Positions 37,651-45,978 of a stretch of DNA of 64,000 nucleotides are shown here, piece after piece (positions within the stretch are counted from its first letter, which is position 1; every line of letters begins with the position of its first letter). The stretch comes from Victivallales bacterium (lineage in GTDB: Bacteria > Verrucomicrobiota > Lentisphaeria > Victivallales > UBA1829): positions 1,147 through 65,146 of the forward strand of contig JAZNVL010000031.1 of NCBI GenBank assembly GCA_045592785.1, given 5' to 3'. Under the pieces are notes generated by a model, which saw nothing but the letters and a program-made list of their open reading frames with translations, had not been told where the DNA came from and searched no databases. Made by a program: the position numbers and the translations under genes.

Positions 37651-38532
37651 TTACTCCATTGTGATATATTTTTGTAAACGTTCCCAGCATTGCCGGAGAA
37701 TGGAATCCGAGGGGGATCCCGGACAATCCAGGATCGTTTTTCTTTGTTGCAAAGCACGGGAAAACGTTTCGTCAAACGGAATACGGCCCAGCACCGGAAT
37801 GTGATTCCGCTCACACCAGCGTTCCGTTTCCTCTGTCTTCCCGGGGTTGATGTCCCATTTGTTGATCAGCAGTGCAAACGGGATCTCGAATTGTTTCAGC
37901 AGGGATGCCAGACGCTGCATGTCATGGATCCCGGAAACACTGGGCTCCGTCACCACCACCGCATGATCCACACCCGTCGCCGCAGAAATGACCGGACAGC
38001 CGATCCCCGGCGGACCATCGCTGATGATCCAGTCCGCGCAGGCTTTTTCCGCTTTCTCCCGTGCCAGTTTTCGCAGGGAAGCGATGAGTTTTCCGGAATT
38101 TTCCGCACCCGGCCGCAATGCGGCATGATACAGCATCCCGTATCCGGTTTCCGATACACATAATTCACCGCAAACGCGGTCCGATAACGTAATGGCGCCT
38201 TCCGGACAATGATCCGAGCAGACACCGCAACCCTCGCAGGAATCCGCCACACGGGCAGACCCGTTTTCCACCGTGACCGCATGAAAACGGCACAGGGCGG
38301 CACATGCGCCGCATCCGGAACATTTCCCGGGATCGACCACAGGGATCTGCCCGGCACGGAACTCTTCGGTATGGGTATCGCGGGGTGTCAGGAGCATGGG
38401 CAGATTGGAGGCATCCACGTCGCAGTCAACGAACACGGCATTGCGTGCCAGTTGCGCGAAACAGGCGGTGATACTGGTCTTTCCTGCGCCGCCCTTCCCG
38501 CTCAATACAAGCAGTTCTTTCATATCCGGCAC
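37651..38532 (-). CDS. MinD/ParA-type P-loop ATPase with an inserted 2x[4Fe-4S] ferredoxin segment
   Basis: LSGKGGAGKTS deviant Walker A motif. Cys clusters CSGCGACAALC and CEGCGVCSDHCP. Confidence 0.8.
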   Translation of the reverse strand: MPDMKELLVLSGKGGAGKTSITACFAQLARNAVFVDCDVDASNLPMLLTPRDTHTEEFRAGQIPVVDPGKCSGCGACAALCRFHAVTVENGSARVADSCEGCGVCSDHCPEGAITLSDRVCGELCVSETGYGMLYHAALRPGAENSGKLIASLRKLAREKAEKACADWIISDGPPGIGCPVISAATGVDHAVVVTEPSVSGIHDMQRLASLLKQFEIPFALLINKWDINPGKTEETERWCERNHIPVLGRIPFDETFSRALQQRKTILDCPGSPSDSILRQCWERLQKYITME

Positions 38533-39353
38533 TCCCCGATGAGTTGTTGAAAGGATTCCCGTAACCCGGGTACCGTCTGCAATAAGGTCCTGCCCGCCGA
38601 ATACCCGGCGGCGATCTCTTTGGAAAAGGGGATCCGCAGCAGAAGCGGGAGTTGATTTTCCCGACAGTAATCCTCAATGATCCCGTTATTTTCATCCGCC
38701 CGGTTGATGATCACGCCGCAGGGGATCCCGAGTTCACGCAGTGTCTGATGTGCCAGCGCAAGATCGTGCAGACCGAAGGGCGTCGGCTCCGTCACCAGGA
38801 TCACATAATCACTGTCCCGGACCGCTGTGACCATGGAACAGGATGTCCCGGGCGGCGCATCCAGGATCGTGATGTCATGTTCCGCCGCGAAGGCATATTC
38901 CTTCAATGCCCGGATGACGAATGGCGCCATGGAGTAGCCCACGTTCATCACGCCGGAAATAAGTTGAAACGAATCCGTATTCCGCACCTGGATCTCACCG
39001 ATGGGGAATGACGTCTCCCGCAATGCCTTTTCCTGACACGCAAGAAGACATCCGCCGCAGGAATGACAGAGTTCCGGGAACACCAGGACCCGTTTTCCCA
39101 AACGCGCCAGCGCATGAAACCGGCAGACTTTCACACATTCCCCGCATCCGGAACATGCAGAAACGGCAAACTCCGGCAGCGGGATCGTGACCGGAACCTT
39201 CTCTGTCACCGTTTCTGCGAGAAACAGATGACAGTTGGGTTCCTCCACGTCACAATCCAGCAGTACACATCCGCGCCCGGCGGATTCCGCCAGTGCCAGT
39301 GATACCGTTGTCTTACCCGTCCCGCCTTTCCCGGATGCCACGGCAATTTTCAT
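38520..39353 (-). CDS. MinD/ParA-type P-loop ATPase with an inserted 4Fe-4S ferredoxin segment (paralog)
   Basis: ASGKGGTGKTT Walker A motif. CSGCGECVKVC and CHSCGGCLLAC clusters. Overlaps both neighbouring genes. Confidence 0.8.
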   Translation of the reverse strand: MKIAVASGKGGTGKTTVSLALAESAGRGCVLLDCDVEEPNCHLFLAETVTEKVPVTIPLPEFAVSACSGCGECVKVCRFHALARLGKRVLVFPELCHSCGGCLLACQEKALRETSFPIGEIQVRNTDSFQLISGVMNVGYSMAPFVIRALKEYAFAAEHDITILDAPPGTSCSMVTAVRDSDYVILVTEPTPFGLHDLALAHQTLRELGIPCGVIINRADENNGIIEDYCRENQLPLLLRIPFSKEIAAGYSAGRTLLQTVPGLRESFQQLIGECRI

Positions 39354-39712
39354 ACCCAGTGTCCTTCCACGTCGGCGTTTTCCGCTTCCGTCAATGCGCC
39401 TTCGCTGTAACGTTTCAACGCATCTTCGCCGGTGGCGGCATCGGTGAGGTAGATCTTCACTTCCGCTTCCTTGAGAACACGGAATGCTTTCGGCCCGCAG
39501 TGTCCGGTGAGGAGAGCCTGCGCCCCGTTTTCCGCCACACGGACGGCGGACTGGATCCCTGCGCCCTGTGCGGCTTGAAGATTCTGTTTATTTTCCACGG
39601 CAGTGACTTCCTTCGTTTCCGTGTTGAAAAAGAGGAAATATTTTGCTCTGCCGAAACGGGTATCCATGGCATCCGCCAGCGTGGTCCCGGTACTTGAAAT
39701 CGCAATGATCAT
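39350..39712 (-). CDS. NifX/NifB-like (FeMo-cofactor-binding fold) small protein
   Basis: 120 aa. FGRAKYFLFF...GAGIQSA..V...GAQALLTGHCGPKAF is typical of this family. Confidence 0.7.
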   Translation of the reverse strand: MIIAISSTGTTLADAMDTRFGRAKYFLFFNTETKEVTAVENKQNLQAAQGAGIQSAVRVAENGAQALLTGHCGPKAFRVLKEAEVKIYLTDAATGEDALKRYSEGALTEAENADVEGHWV

Positions 39713-39730
39713 CTTCTACCGTCCTTTCGG

Positions 39731-40048
39731 TCACAAACCCAGTTTTGTCGCAAGTTCATTTTTGGTCATATAGCCCACCAGCTTCTGTGCGAGTTTGCCG
39801 TTCTTGTAGTAGAAAAGTGCAGGGATGCTGTTGACTCCCAGGGAAACGGCGATGTTGACGTTTGCGGGTTCATCCACGTTGACTTTGCCAACGATGATCT
39901 CCGGGTGTTCCGCTGCCAGAGCTTCCAGTTCGGGTCCCAGTTTCTGACAGGGGCCGCACCAGGTTGCCCAGAAGTCGATCAATACGGCTTTTTCGCTTTG
40001 GGTTGTCAATTTTTCAAAAGATTCTTTGTTCAGATGCAGGACTTCCAT
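39731..40048 (-). CDS. trxA: Thioredoxin
   Basis: 105 aa with the active site WATWCGPCQ. Confidence 0.9.
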   Translation of the reverse strand: MEVLHLNKESFEKLTTQSEKAVLIDFWATWCGPCQKLGPELEALAAEHPEIIVGKVNVDEPANVNIAVSLGVNSIPALFYYKNGKLAQKLVGYMTKNELATKLGL

Positions 40049-40072
40049 TGTTTTTTCTCCTTCTGTTATCCG

Positions 40073-40390
40073 TTATTTTTCAGACTCTTTCCGGCAGAAC
40101 CCGTTCTTATGATGTTCCGCCACACACGCAAGAAAGCGTCTTACACATTCACATTCCAACCGGTAAAATACCTGTTTTCCCCGTTTTTCATCCACCAGTA
40201 CATCCGCTTCTTTCAACGCTGTCAAATGCTGGGAAATGGTGGAGAAATCCAGCTCTGTCTGCTCCACCAGTTCGCGGACACAATGCTCCTCATCCAGGAG
40301 CTGCTGTGCGATCCACAAGCGGATCGGGTGTCCCAGCGCCTTGAACTTTTTCGCAGGCTTCCGATACAATTCGTTGTTAAATTTATCCAT
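40073..40390 (-). CDS. ArsR/SmtB-family metalloregulatory transcription factor
   Basis: ALGHPIRLWIAQQLLDEEHCVRELVEQT...STISQHLTALKEADVL is a winged-HTH motif. I prefer ATG 40390 because the predicted promoter and operator lie between 40401 and 40440. Confidence 0.8.
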   Translation of the reverse strand: MDKFNNELYRKPAKKFKALGHPIRLWIAQQLLDEEHCVRELVEQTELDFSTISQHLTALKEADVLVDEKRGKQVFYRLECECVRRFLACVAEHHKNGFCRKESEK

Positions 40391-40400
40391 AATGCACCTT

Positions 40401-40430
40401 TTGTTATTTTGTAATATAACCAAATAACAA
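40401..40430. promoter_or_regulatory. Inverted-repeat operator candidate for the ArsR-family regulator
   Basis: TTGTTATTT (40401-40409) and AAATAACAA (40422-40430) are perfect 9-bp inverted arms 12 bp apart. They bracket the -10 element of the operon promoter. Confidence 0.55.
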
Positions 40431-40440
40431 TATTTGTCAA
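40413..40440 (-). promoter_or_regulatory. Near-consensus sigma70 promoter of the arsR-trx-nifX-like operon
   Basis: On the minus strand: TTGACA (40440-40435), 16-nt spacer, TATATT (40418-40413). Confidence 0.65.
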
Positions 40441-40469
40441 GTCATTTCCGCTTTTTTTTCAAAAAAAGA

Positions 40470-40497
40470 TTGAAAAAACGGTCTTGCGGGCTATATT
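40470..40497 (+). promoter_or_regulatory. Sigma70-type promoter candidate for the LysM gene (divergent from the arsR promoter)
   Basis: TTGAAA (40470-40475), 16-nt spacer, TATATT (40492-40497). Confidence 0.45.
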
Positions 40498-40536
40498 ATG
40501 ATACAGAAAATGAGAATCATCAACCGAGGTTACCGT

Positions 40537-41097
40537 ATGAAAATGACGATCCGTATGTTTTTTTGCTCTGTTCTGCTGTTTTCTGCAGGGACAGTATTTG
40601 CTGCCGGACAGCAGCAGACGCCGGCATCCACGCGGAATGCCCGCTATTTTGAATCACTGACAGCGAACCTGATCCAGGAAGTCCGCCGGGTTCAGGATGA
40701 TAACGCGGAACTATCCATTCAGGTTGCGGAACTGCAGCGCAAACTGCGTGAAGTTACTGCCCGGAACGAAGAAATGGCGCAGGAAATGCAGAAGATGCGC
40801 CGTCAGTTTGCAGTGGAATCGGAAGCGCGGGAAGCCCAGATGCGGGAAATTGCCGAACAGCTCCGGAAACTTGCCTCTGCGCCCCCGCCCCCGCCCCCGC
40901 CCCCGCCGGTAACGAAGAAAGAATCGGCACCGCCCCGCGATTCCGGTCGGTATGAGATCTTTGAAGTTCCCCGCGGCGGGACATTGAGTGCCATAGCATC
41001 GGCATTCAATGTATCGGTGCAGGATATCATGAAAGCGAATAACTTGAAAAACGACCGTCTGGCGGTCGGGCAGAAGCTGAAAATTCCCATCAAGTGA
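40537..41097 (+). CDS. Secreted LysM peptidoglycan-binding protein with a coiled-coil region and a poly-Pro linker
   Basis: Signal peptide MKMTIRMFFCSVLLFSAGTVFA (ATG 40537, with GAGG 7 nt upstream). PPPPPPPPP run. C-terminal LysM YEIFEVPRGGTLSAIASAFNVSVQDIMKANNL...GQKLKIP. Confidence 0.8.
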   Translation: MKMTIRMFFCSVLLFSAGTVFAAGQQQTPASTRNARYFESLTANLIQEVRRVQDDNAELSIQVAELQRKLREVTARNEEMAQEMQKMRRQFAVESEAREAQMREIAEQLRKLASAPPPPPPPPPVTKKESAPPRDSGRYEIFEVPRGGTLSAIASAFNVSVQDIMKANNLKNDRLAVGQKLKIPIK

Positions 41098-41135
41098 ACG
41101 AACCCCGCTGTTGATACAGTCAAGGAGAAAGTAGT

Positions 41136-44100
41136 ATGTTTGCCGCTCCGACCTTTAACCGCCGGATCACGCCCCTTGCGGTCATCATGTTCTGGGAAGT
41201 GTTTCTGAATACCGTTCTGGCACTTCTTGTGATGTCCTCTGTGACTGCACATGACCGTATTGCGTTGTATGGCGGCTGCATTGTATTCCCCTATCTCTGC
41301 ATTTTTCTGTTTGCGGGATATGCCGCGGACCATTGTGCGAAACGTGTGATCCTGATCCTGGTCAAACTTTTCGAGCTGTTTGTATATCTTGCGGGGGCAT
41401 TTTTCTTATCCCGTTTTCCTGATTCTGTTTTTCTCACCGGTGCATTGCTGTGTCTGATCTCCTTCAAAACGGCATTCTTCATGCCTGCACTTTACGGGAT
41501 CCTGCCGGAAACGTTTCCGGAACAGGAACTTTCCCAGGCAGCCGGGCGGATCAGCGGGGTGTTTTTTCTGGGTATCGCGCTGACATTCCCGGTGCTCGAA
41601 TTGTATCGCTGGATCTCCCGTGACGGGCTTGCAAACGGTCTGATCATTTCCGGGATCTTTGCTTTCGTTGGATTGGTCGCCGCATTTCTGGTGATCCCTT
41701 CCGTCTCCGCGATCCAGAAGAAACGGGAACTGGCGTACAAACGGAAAAATACGGTTGCCGTGGGGATGCGGGAAGTGTTCCGGACACCTTCTCTGCTGCT
41801 GACTTCGCTGGGGGATGGATTTTTCCTTGCCGTGGGCGCGGCATTGCTCTATCTGATCTGGGCAGTGCTGCTGCAGCCGAAAGCGGGCGGCGCAGGAACA
41901 GGCTTGCGCGTGACCATGATGATCCCTGTTCTGGGTATGGCATTGGGATGCCGTCTTGCCGGACGTTTTTCCCGGAAAAAGATCGAATTGGGGTTGATCC
42001 CCATTGGCGCATTTCTTGTTGCACTGGCATTGCCGCTGGCGGCACTTTTTCATGGCGAGCCGACGGTTTTCACGTTGACGATCCCCCGGCTGTATACGGA
42101 TACGATCCAGTTTTATATCCCTGCGATGTTCTATCTGCTGCTTGCCGGGATCGGCGGCGGACTGTTTATCATTCCGCTCCGGGCGTATTTTCTGCATCGG
42201 GTCCACCCGGAGGCAACGGGAGCGGCGACCGCCGTCAACAGTGTTCTCGGGTTCACACTGCTTTTCCTTGTATGCGGCGTGATCATGCGTCTCATTCCAC
42301 TGCCTTATGTGGAATCGGCGCACCGGATCTCTCCCTACACAGTGATCATTTATCTGGGCGTGATCGTCTTTCTGGTGACGCTCTTCTCCATGTGGATCCT
42401 CCCCGATTTCGCGCTGCGGTTCCTCATCATTGCGGCGGGGAATACCCTTTACCGGACAAAGATCCGCGGGGCGGAAAACATTCCGGAACGGGGCGGTGTC
42501 CTGCTGCTTTCCAATCACATCTCCTTTATCGACAGTATCCTGATCAGTGCCTGTACCTCCCGCCGGATCCGGTTCCTTATGCACGAAGATTATTTCCGGT
42601 TCGCCTGGCTGCGCCCGGTCGCCAAACTGACCGGGTTCATCCGGGTTCCGACTGCCGGAAAAGACAAGATGAACCGTATGTTTGCGGAAGTCCGGGAGGC
42701 ATTGCGGAAAGGCGATGTGATCTGTGCTTTCCCGGAGGGCCACATGACCCGGAACGGCGTGCTGGGCCATTTCCGTGCCGGATACGAACGGATGTTACCG
42801 GATGATATGGAGATCCCGGTGATCCCCGTATGGATCGGTAATATGTGGGGCAGTCTCTTTTCCTATGTCAAAGGGACGATCGCACTACGGCTTCCCAGGG
42901 AGTTCCCCTACAACGTCATGGTCTCTTTCGGCAAGCCTATGGTGAGACCTTTTACACCTTTTGATGTCAGACAAGCGGTCGCCGATCTGGCTGCCGAGGG
43001 CTGTATGGACCGTATCCCGAAGGAACGCACGCTCCATTACTCTGTGCTGCGTGATGCCCGGACATCTCCCTTCCGTATCCGTCTGCGGGACTATGACGGT
43101 ACATCCTACACGTTGTTGCAGGCGGTCTGTACGGCAGTTCTGTTCAGTCGCAAGATCCGTCGTCATGTTTCATCGGAGACGGAATACACGGGGATCCTGC
43201 TGCCCAATTCCTCGCTGGAAGCCATTGCCATTCTTTCGGTCCTTTACGCCGACAAAGCGCCTGCCATCCTGAATCACACGGTTGCTCCTGCTGTCTTTGA
43301 GGCATCCGTAAAGAAAGCGGGCGTGACCCATATCCTGACCACAAGGGAATACGCACAGCATTGTCCCATGCAGTCCGGGGTGGAATTTCTGTATCTGGAT
43401 GAGATCCTGAAAGAGATTCCCGGTTGGAAACGCATGATGTATACCGCCGCCATCCTGCTGCTGCCCTACCGTGAACTCATCAATCTGATCTCACCGTTGA
43501 GTGCGGACCGTATTTCAGGGGTGGCGGCGCTCCTGTTTTCCAGCGGGTCGACCGGCAATCCGAAAGCGGTCATGCTGACCCATCACAACATGTATACCAA
43601 TGCCATTGCCACAGGAGAGCTTCTCGGGGTGGAACGGAATCAGGATCATGTGGTGGGGAATCTGCCGTTGTTCCATTCCTTCGGCTTGAATACAGGGTTC
43701 TGGATGCCCATGCTTATGGGGTTTGAGGTGACGTATGTGGATAATCCTCTGGATACAGCCAAAGTGGAAACCGTGTTGCGCAAATACAAACCCACGCTCC
43801 TCTATGCCACGCCTTCCTTCCTCCAGATATACCTCCGGAAATGTCCGAAAGAAGCCTTCCAGTCATTGCGTTTGACCGTGACCGGGGCGGAAAAACTGCG
43901 GTCCGGACTGATCGAAAAATTCAAATCCGCGTTGGATGGACGGTTGGAGATCATGGAAGCGTACGGCTGTACGGAACTCTCCCCCATGGTCTCCATGAAC
44001 CTGGCGCCGCAAATCGTTGATCTGGGCAAACGGATCGGGAAAAACGGGTCCATCGGTGTGCCGCTGAATAATATCGCTGTCCGGGTCCTGGATCCGTTGA

Positions 44101-44612
44101 CAAAGGAACCGCTCCCCCCGGAATCGGAAGGGATCCTTCATGTGAAGGGGTCCAACGTCATGCGGGGATATCTGGGCGATCCGGAACTCACGGCGAAAGC
44201 GGTGCAGAATGGTTATTACGATACCGGCGACGTGGTGAAAATGGATGAAAAAGGGTATCTCACCATCTGCGGACGGCTTTCCCGGTTCAGTAAGATCGCA
44301 GGGGAAATGGTTCCCCATGAAATGGTGGAACATATCATCAACGAACTGGCGTGTCCCGAAGGACGCGGTGTCGCTGTCTGCGGCATCCCTGATCCTGCCA
44401 AAGGGGAAGCTCTGCTGGTCCTTTACACCGGAGAGATGAAACTCACCCCGGCGGATGTGGTCGCCGAGTTGCGTGAACGGAGTATTTCCAACTTGTGGAT
44501 CCCGAAAGCGGTGAACTTCCATGCGGTGGAAACTCTCCCGTTGCTGGGCAGCGGCAAACTGGACCTGGTCAAATTGCAGAAAATGGCAAACGGATTCAAA
44601 CCCGGTTCATAA
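41136..44612 (+). CDS. aas: Triple fusion: LplT-like MFS lysophospholipid transporter + PlsC-type acyltransferase + acyl-ACP synthetase (Aas-like)
   Basis: 1158 aa. About 12 N-terminal TM helices. Acyltransferase motifs NHISFID and FPEGHMTRNG. AMP-binding motif LLFSSGSTGNPKAVMLTHHN and a C-terminal GKLD. Confidence 0.8.
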   Translation: MFAAPTFNRRITPLAVIMFWEVFLNTVLALLVMSSVTAHDRIALYGGCIVFPYLCIFLFAGYAADHCAKRVILILVKLFELFVYLAGAFFLSRFPDSVFLTGALLCLISFKTAFFMPALYGILPETFPEQELSQAAGRISGVFFLGIALTFPVLELYRWISRDGLANGLIISGIFAFVGLVAAFLVIPSVSAIQKKRELAYKRKNTVAVGMREVFRTPSLLLTSLGDGFFLAVGAALLYLIWAVLLQPKAGGAGTGLRVTMMIPVLGMALGCRLAGRFSRKKIELGLIPIGAFLVALALPLAALFHGEPTVFTLTIPRLYTDTIQFYIPAMFYLLLAGIGGGLFIIPLRAYFLHRVHPEATGAATAVNSVLGFTLLFLVCGVIMRLIPLPYVESAHRISPYTVIIYLGVIVFLVTLFSMWILPDFALRFLIIAAGNTLYRTKIRGAENIPERGGVLLLSNHISFIDSILISACTSRRIRFLMHEDYFRFAWLRPVAKLTGFIRVPTAGKDKMNRMFAEVREALRKGDVICAFPEGHMTRNGVLGHFRAGYERMLPDDMEIPVIPVWIGNMWGSLFSYVKGTIALRLPREFPYNVMVSFGKPMVRPFTPFDVRQAVADLAAEGCMDRIPKERTLHYSVLRDARTSPFRIRLRDYDGTSYTLLQAVCTAVLFSRKIRRHVSSETEYTGILLPNSSLEAIAILSVLYADKAPAILNHTVAPAVFEASVKKAGVTHILTTREYAQHCPMQSGVEFLYLDEILKEIPGWKRMMYTAAILLLPYRELINLISPLSADRISGVAALLFSSGSTGNPKAVMLTHHNMYTNAIATGELLGVERNQDHVVGNLPLFHSFGLNTGFWMPMLMGFEVTYVDNPLDTAKVETVLRKYKPTLLYATPSFLQIYLRKCPKEAFQSLRLTVTGAEKLRSGLIEKFKSALDGRLEIMEAYGCTELSPMVSMNLAPQIVDLGKRIGKNGSIGVPLNNIAVRVLDPLTKEPLPPESEGILHVKGSNVMRGYLGDPELTAKAVQNGYYDTGDVVKMDEKGYLTICGRLSRFSKIAGEMVPHEMVEHIINELACPEGRGVAVCGIPDPAKGEALLVLYTGEMKLTPADVVAELRERSISNLWIPKAVNFHAVETLPLLGSGKLDLVKLQKMANGFKPGS

Positions 44613-45533
44613 TCCGCTGACCGTTTCCTTCGCCGGATCCACCTTACCCGTATTGAAAAACGTGTTTCGCAATGCTTCGTCACTGGCATCCGGATAGGAT
44701 TCCTGACAGGGCACTTCCTGCTTGCTTAAAGATGCCGTATGACCGTCCAGATATGCTCCCGCCGCTTTCCCGTTATGACGGAAGAACGCTGCCCGGTTGT
44801 TCCCGTATGCGCTGCCGGTGGCATGTTTCCCCGTGGTGTTCTGTGTCCCGTAATAATAACAGAGGTGTCCGGAATTTTCCACCAGCATTCCGGTTTGAGA
44901 GGGTTTCCGGTGTTCCGTCGCGCGGATCCCGGTGCCGTCACGGGTGGCAATGAGGTAATTCAGCCCGTAATTGGTGGCAATGTCTTCCCGTTCCTGTTCC
45001 GCCGGACACCGTAATGCTTCCTGTGGTGTTTCGGAAGCCTTCTGTCCGGTTTTCAGATACCAGGAGATCAATTCATCCAGCCAGGTTTTGGGCGAAAGCG
45101 TGTTCCCTGCGCTATCTGCGGCACCGGACCCGCCCAGATTATCGAGACAGGGCAGATAATCCTGAAAATCCGTGCTGTACATGAGATAAACGGTGGACAC
45201 CTGCTTGATGTTGGAACTGCATTTGGATGCGGTTGCCGTTTCTTTTGTCCGGGATAATGCGGGCAGAAGCATACCCGCCAACAGGGCAATGATCGCAATA
45301 ACGACCAGAAGTTCAATGAGGGTAAAATACGCTGTTTTCAGGGAGGCGGAAGGGATCTTTTTGAAAAAAGCTTCCCTTCCGCCTCCCCGAACCCCACCAC
45401 TTTCCCTCAAAAACTTCAGGATCGGATCAAAATTTTTTCCTGCGGAAAAATCTTTTGATCCTTGCCTTTGTTTTTTGAAGAACTTGAGTGTGTATAAGTC
45501 TGTAAAGTTCTCTGACAGACTGCTCATGCTCAT
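44607..45533 (-). CDS. Prepilin-type N-terminal cleavage/methylation-domain protein (PVC DUF1559-like). The start is uncertain.
   Basis: Core AYFTLIELLVVIAIIALLAGMLLPALS begins at about 45330. The nearest in-frame ATG is 45533. The codon at the expected start position is CTG (45341). The ORF stays open up to 45839. Confidence 0.6.
   Translation of the reverse strand: MSMSSLSENFTDLYTLKFFKKQRQGSKDFSAGKNFDPILKFLRESGGVRGGGREAFFKKIPSASLKTAYFTLIELLVVIAIIALLAGMLLPALSRTKETATASKCSSNIKQVSTVYLMYSTDFQDYLPCLDNLGGSGAADSAGNTLSPKTWLDELISWYLKTGQKASETPQEALRCPAEQEREDIATNYGLNYLIATRDGTGIRATEHRKPSQTGMLVENSGHLCYYYGTQNTTGKHATGSAYGNNRAAFFRHNGKAAGAYLDGHTASLSKQEVPCQESYPDASDEALRNTFFNTGKVDPAKETVSGL
45341..45387 (-). other. 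Perfect 15-bp-stem hairpin abutting the pilin-like core coding sequence
   Basis: GGGAGGCGGAAGGGA (45341-45355) and TCCCTTCCGCCTCCC (45373-45387) are exact reverse complements. The loop adds a CTTTT(T)/(A)AAAAG pairing. Confidence 0.8.
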
Positions 45534-45590
45534 TTTTTTGAGGGAATACAACGGCAAAACCCCTATTTTACAAGCAGTACTCACCAGTAG

Positions 45591-45622
45591 TTCGATCAGC
45601 GTGAACGCGGATCGTGTGAAGT
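45591..45622 (-). repeat. 32-bp direct repeat copy 1, encoding a truncated prepilin N-terminus (FTRSAFTLIELLV...)
   Basis: gttcgatcagcgtgaacgcggatcgtgtgaag is identical to 45743-45774. Confidence 0.85.
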
Positions 45623-45742
45623 ACGGCTTCGCCGTGTGAAGAAGTGAAGAGCTTTTTTCCCCCTTGCCGTTGGCGGCAAGGGCAAAAAAAGAACGTGAAG
45701 TGCGCCCTTGCGGGCGTGTGGAGGTGTATTGATCTTTGTTTT

Positions 45743-45774
45743 GTTCGATCAGCGTGAACGCGGATCGTGTGAAG
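45743..45774 (-). repeat. 32-bp direct repeat copy 2, encoding a more truncated prepilin N-terminus (FTRSAFTLIE then QNKDQ)
   Basis: Identical to 45591-45622, 152 bp away. Preceded by a leader-like MKLIGNQHLHI. Confidence 0.85.
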
Positions 45775-45907
45775 ATGTGAAGATGTTGATTACCGATAAG
45801 TTTCATAACAGGACTCCGGTGCCGGATGCGACGGCACACACAGTCTCTGCTGAAACTGCATACACAACTTCAATGATGTGTTATTGCATGGTGCATCAAA
45901 CGTTTTT

Positions 45908-45954
45908 CAAGAAGAAAGGACTGCTGTCCTCTTGCCGGGAGTCCGGCTCCCGGC
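45908..45954 (-). terminator. Tandem-hairpin Rho-independent terminator candidate after guaA
   Basis: On the minus strand, hairpin GCCGGGAG/CTCCCGGC (45934-45954) is followed by hairpin AGAGGAC/GTCCTTT and then TTCTTCTT. Confidence 0.5.
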
Positions 45955-45978
45955 ATTTGCAGAAAAAAGTTCAGGAAA

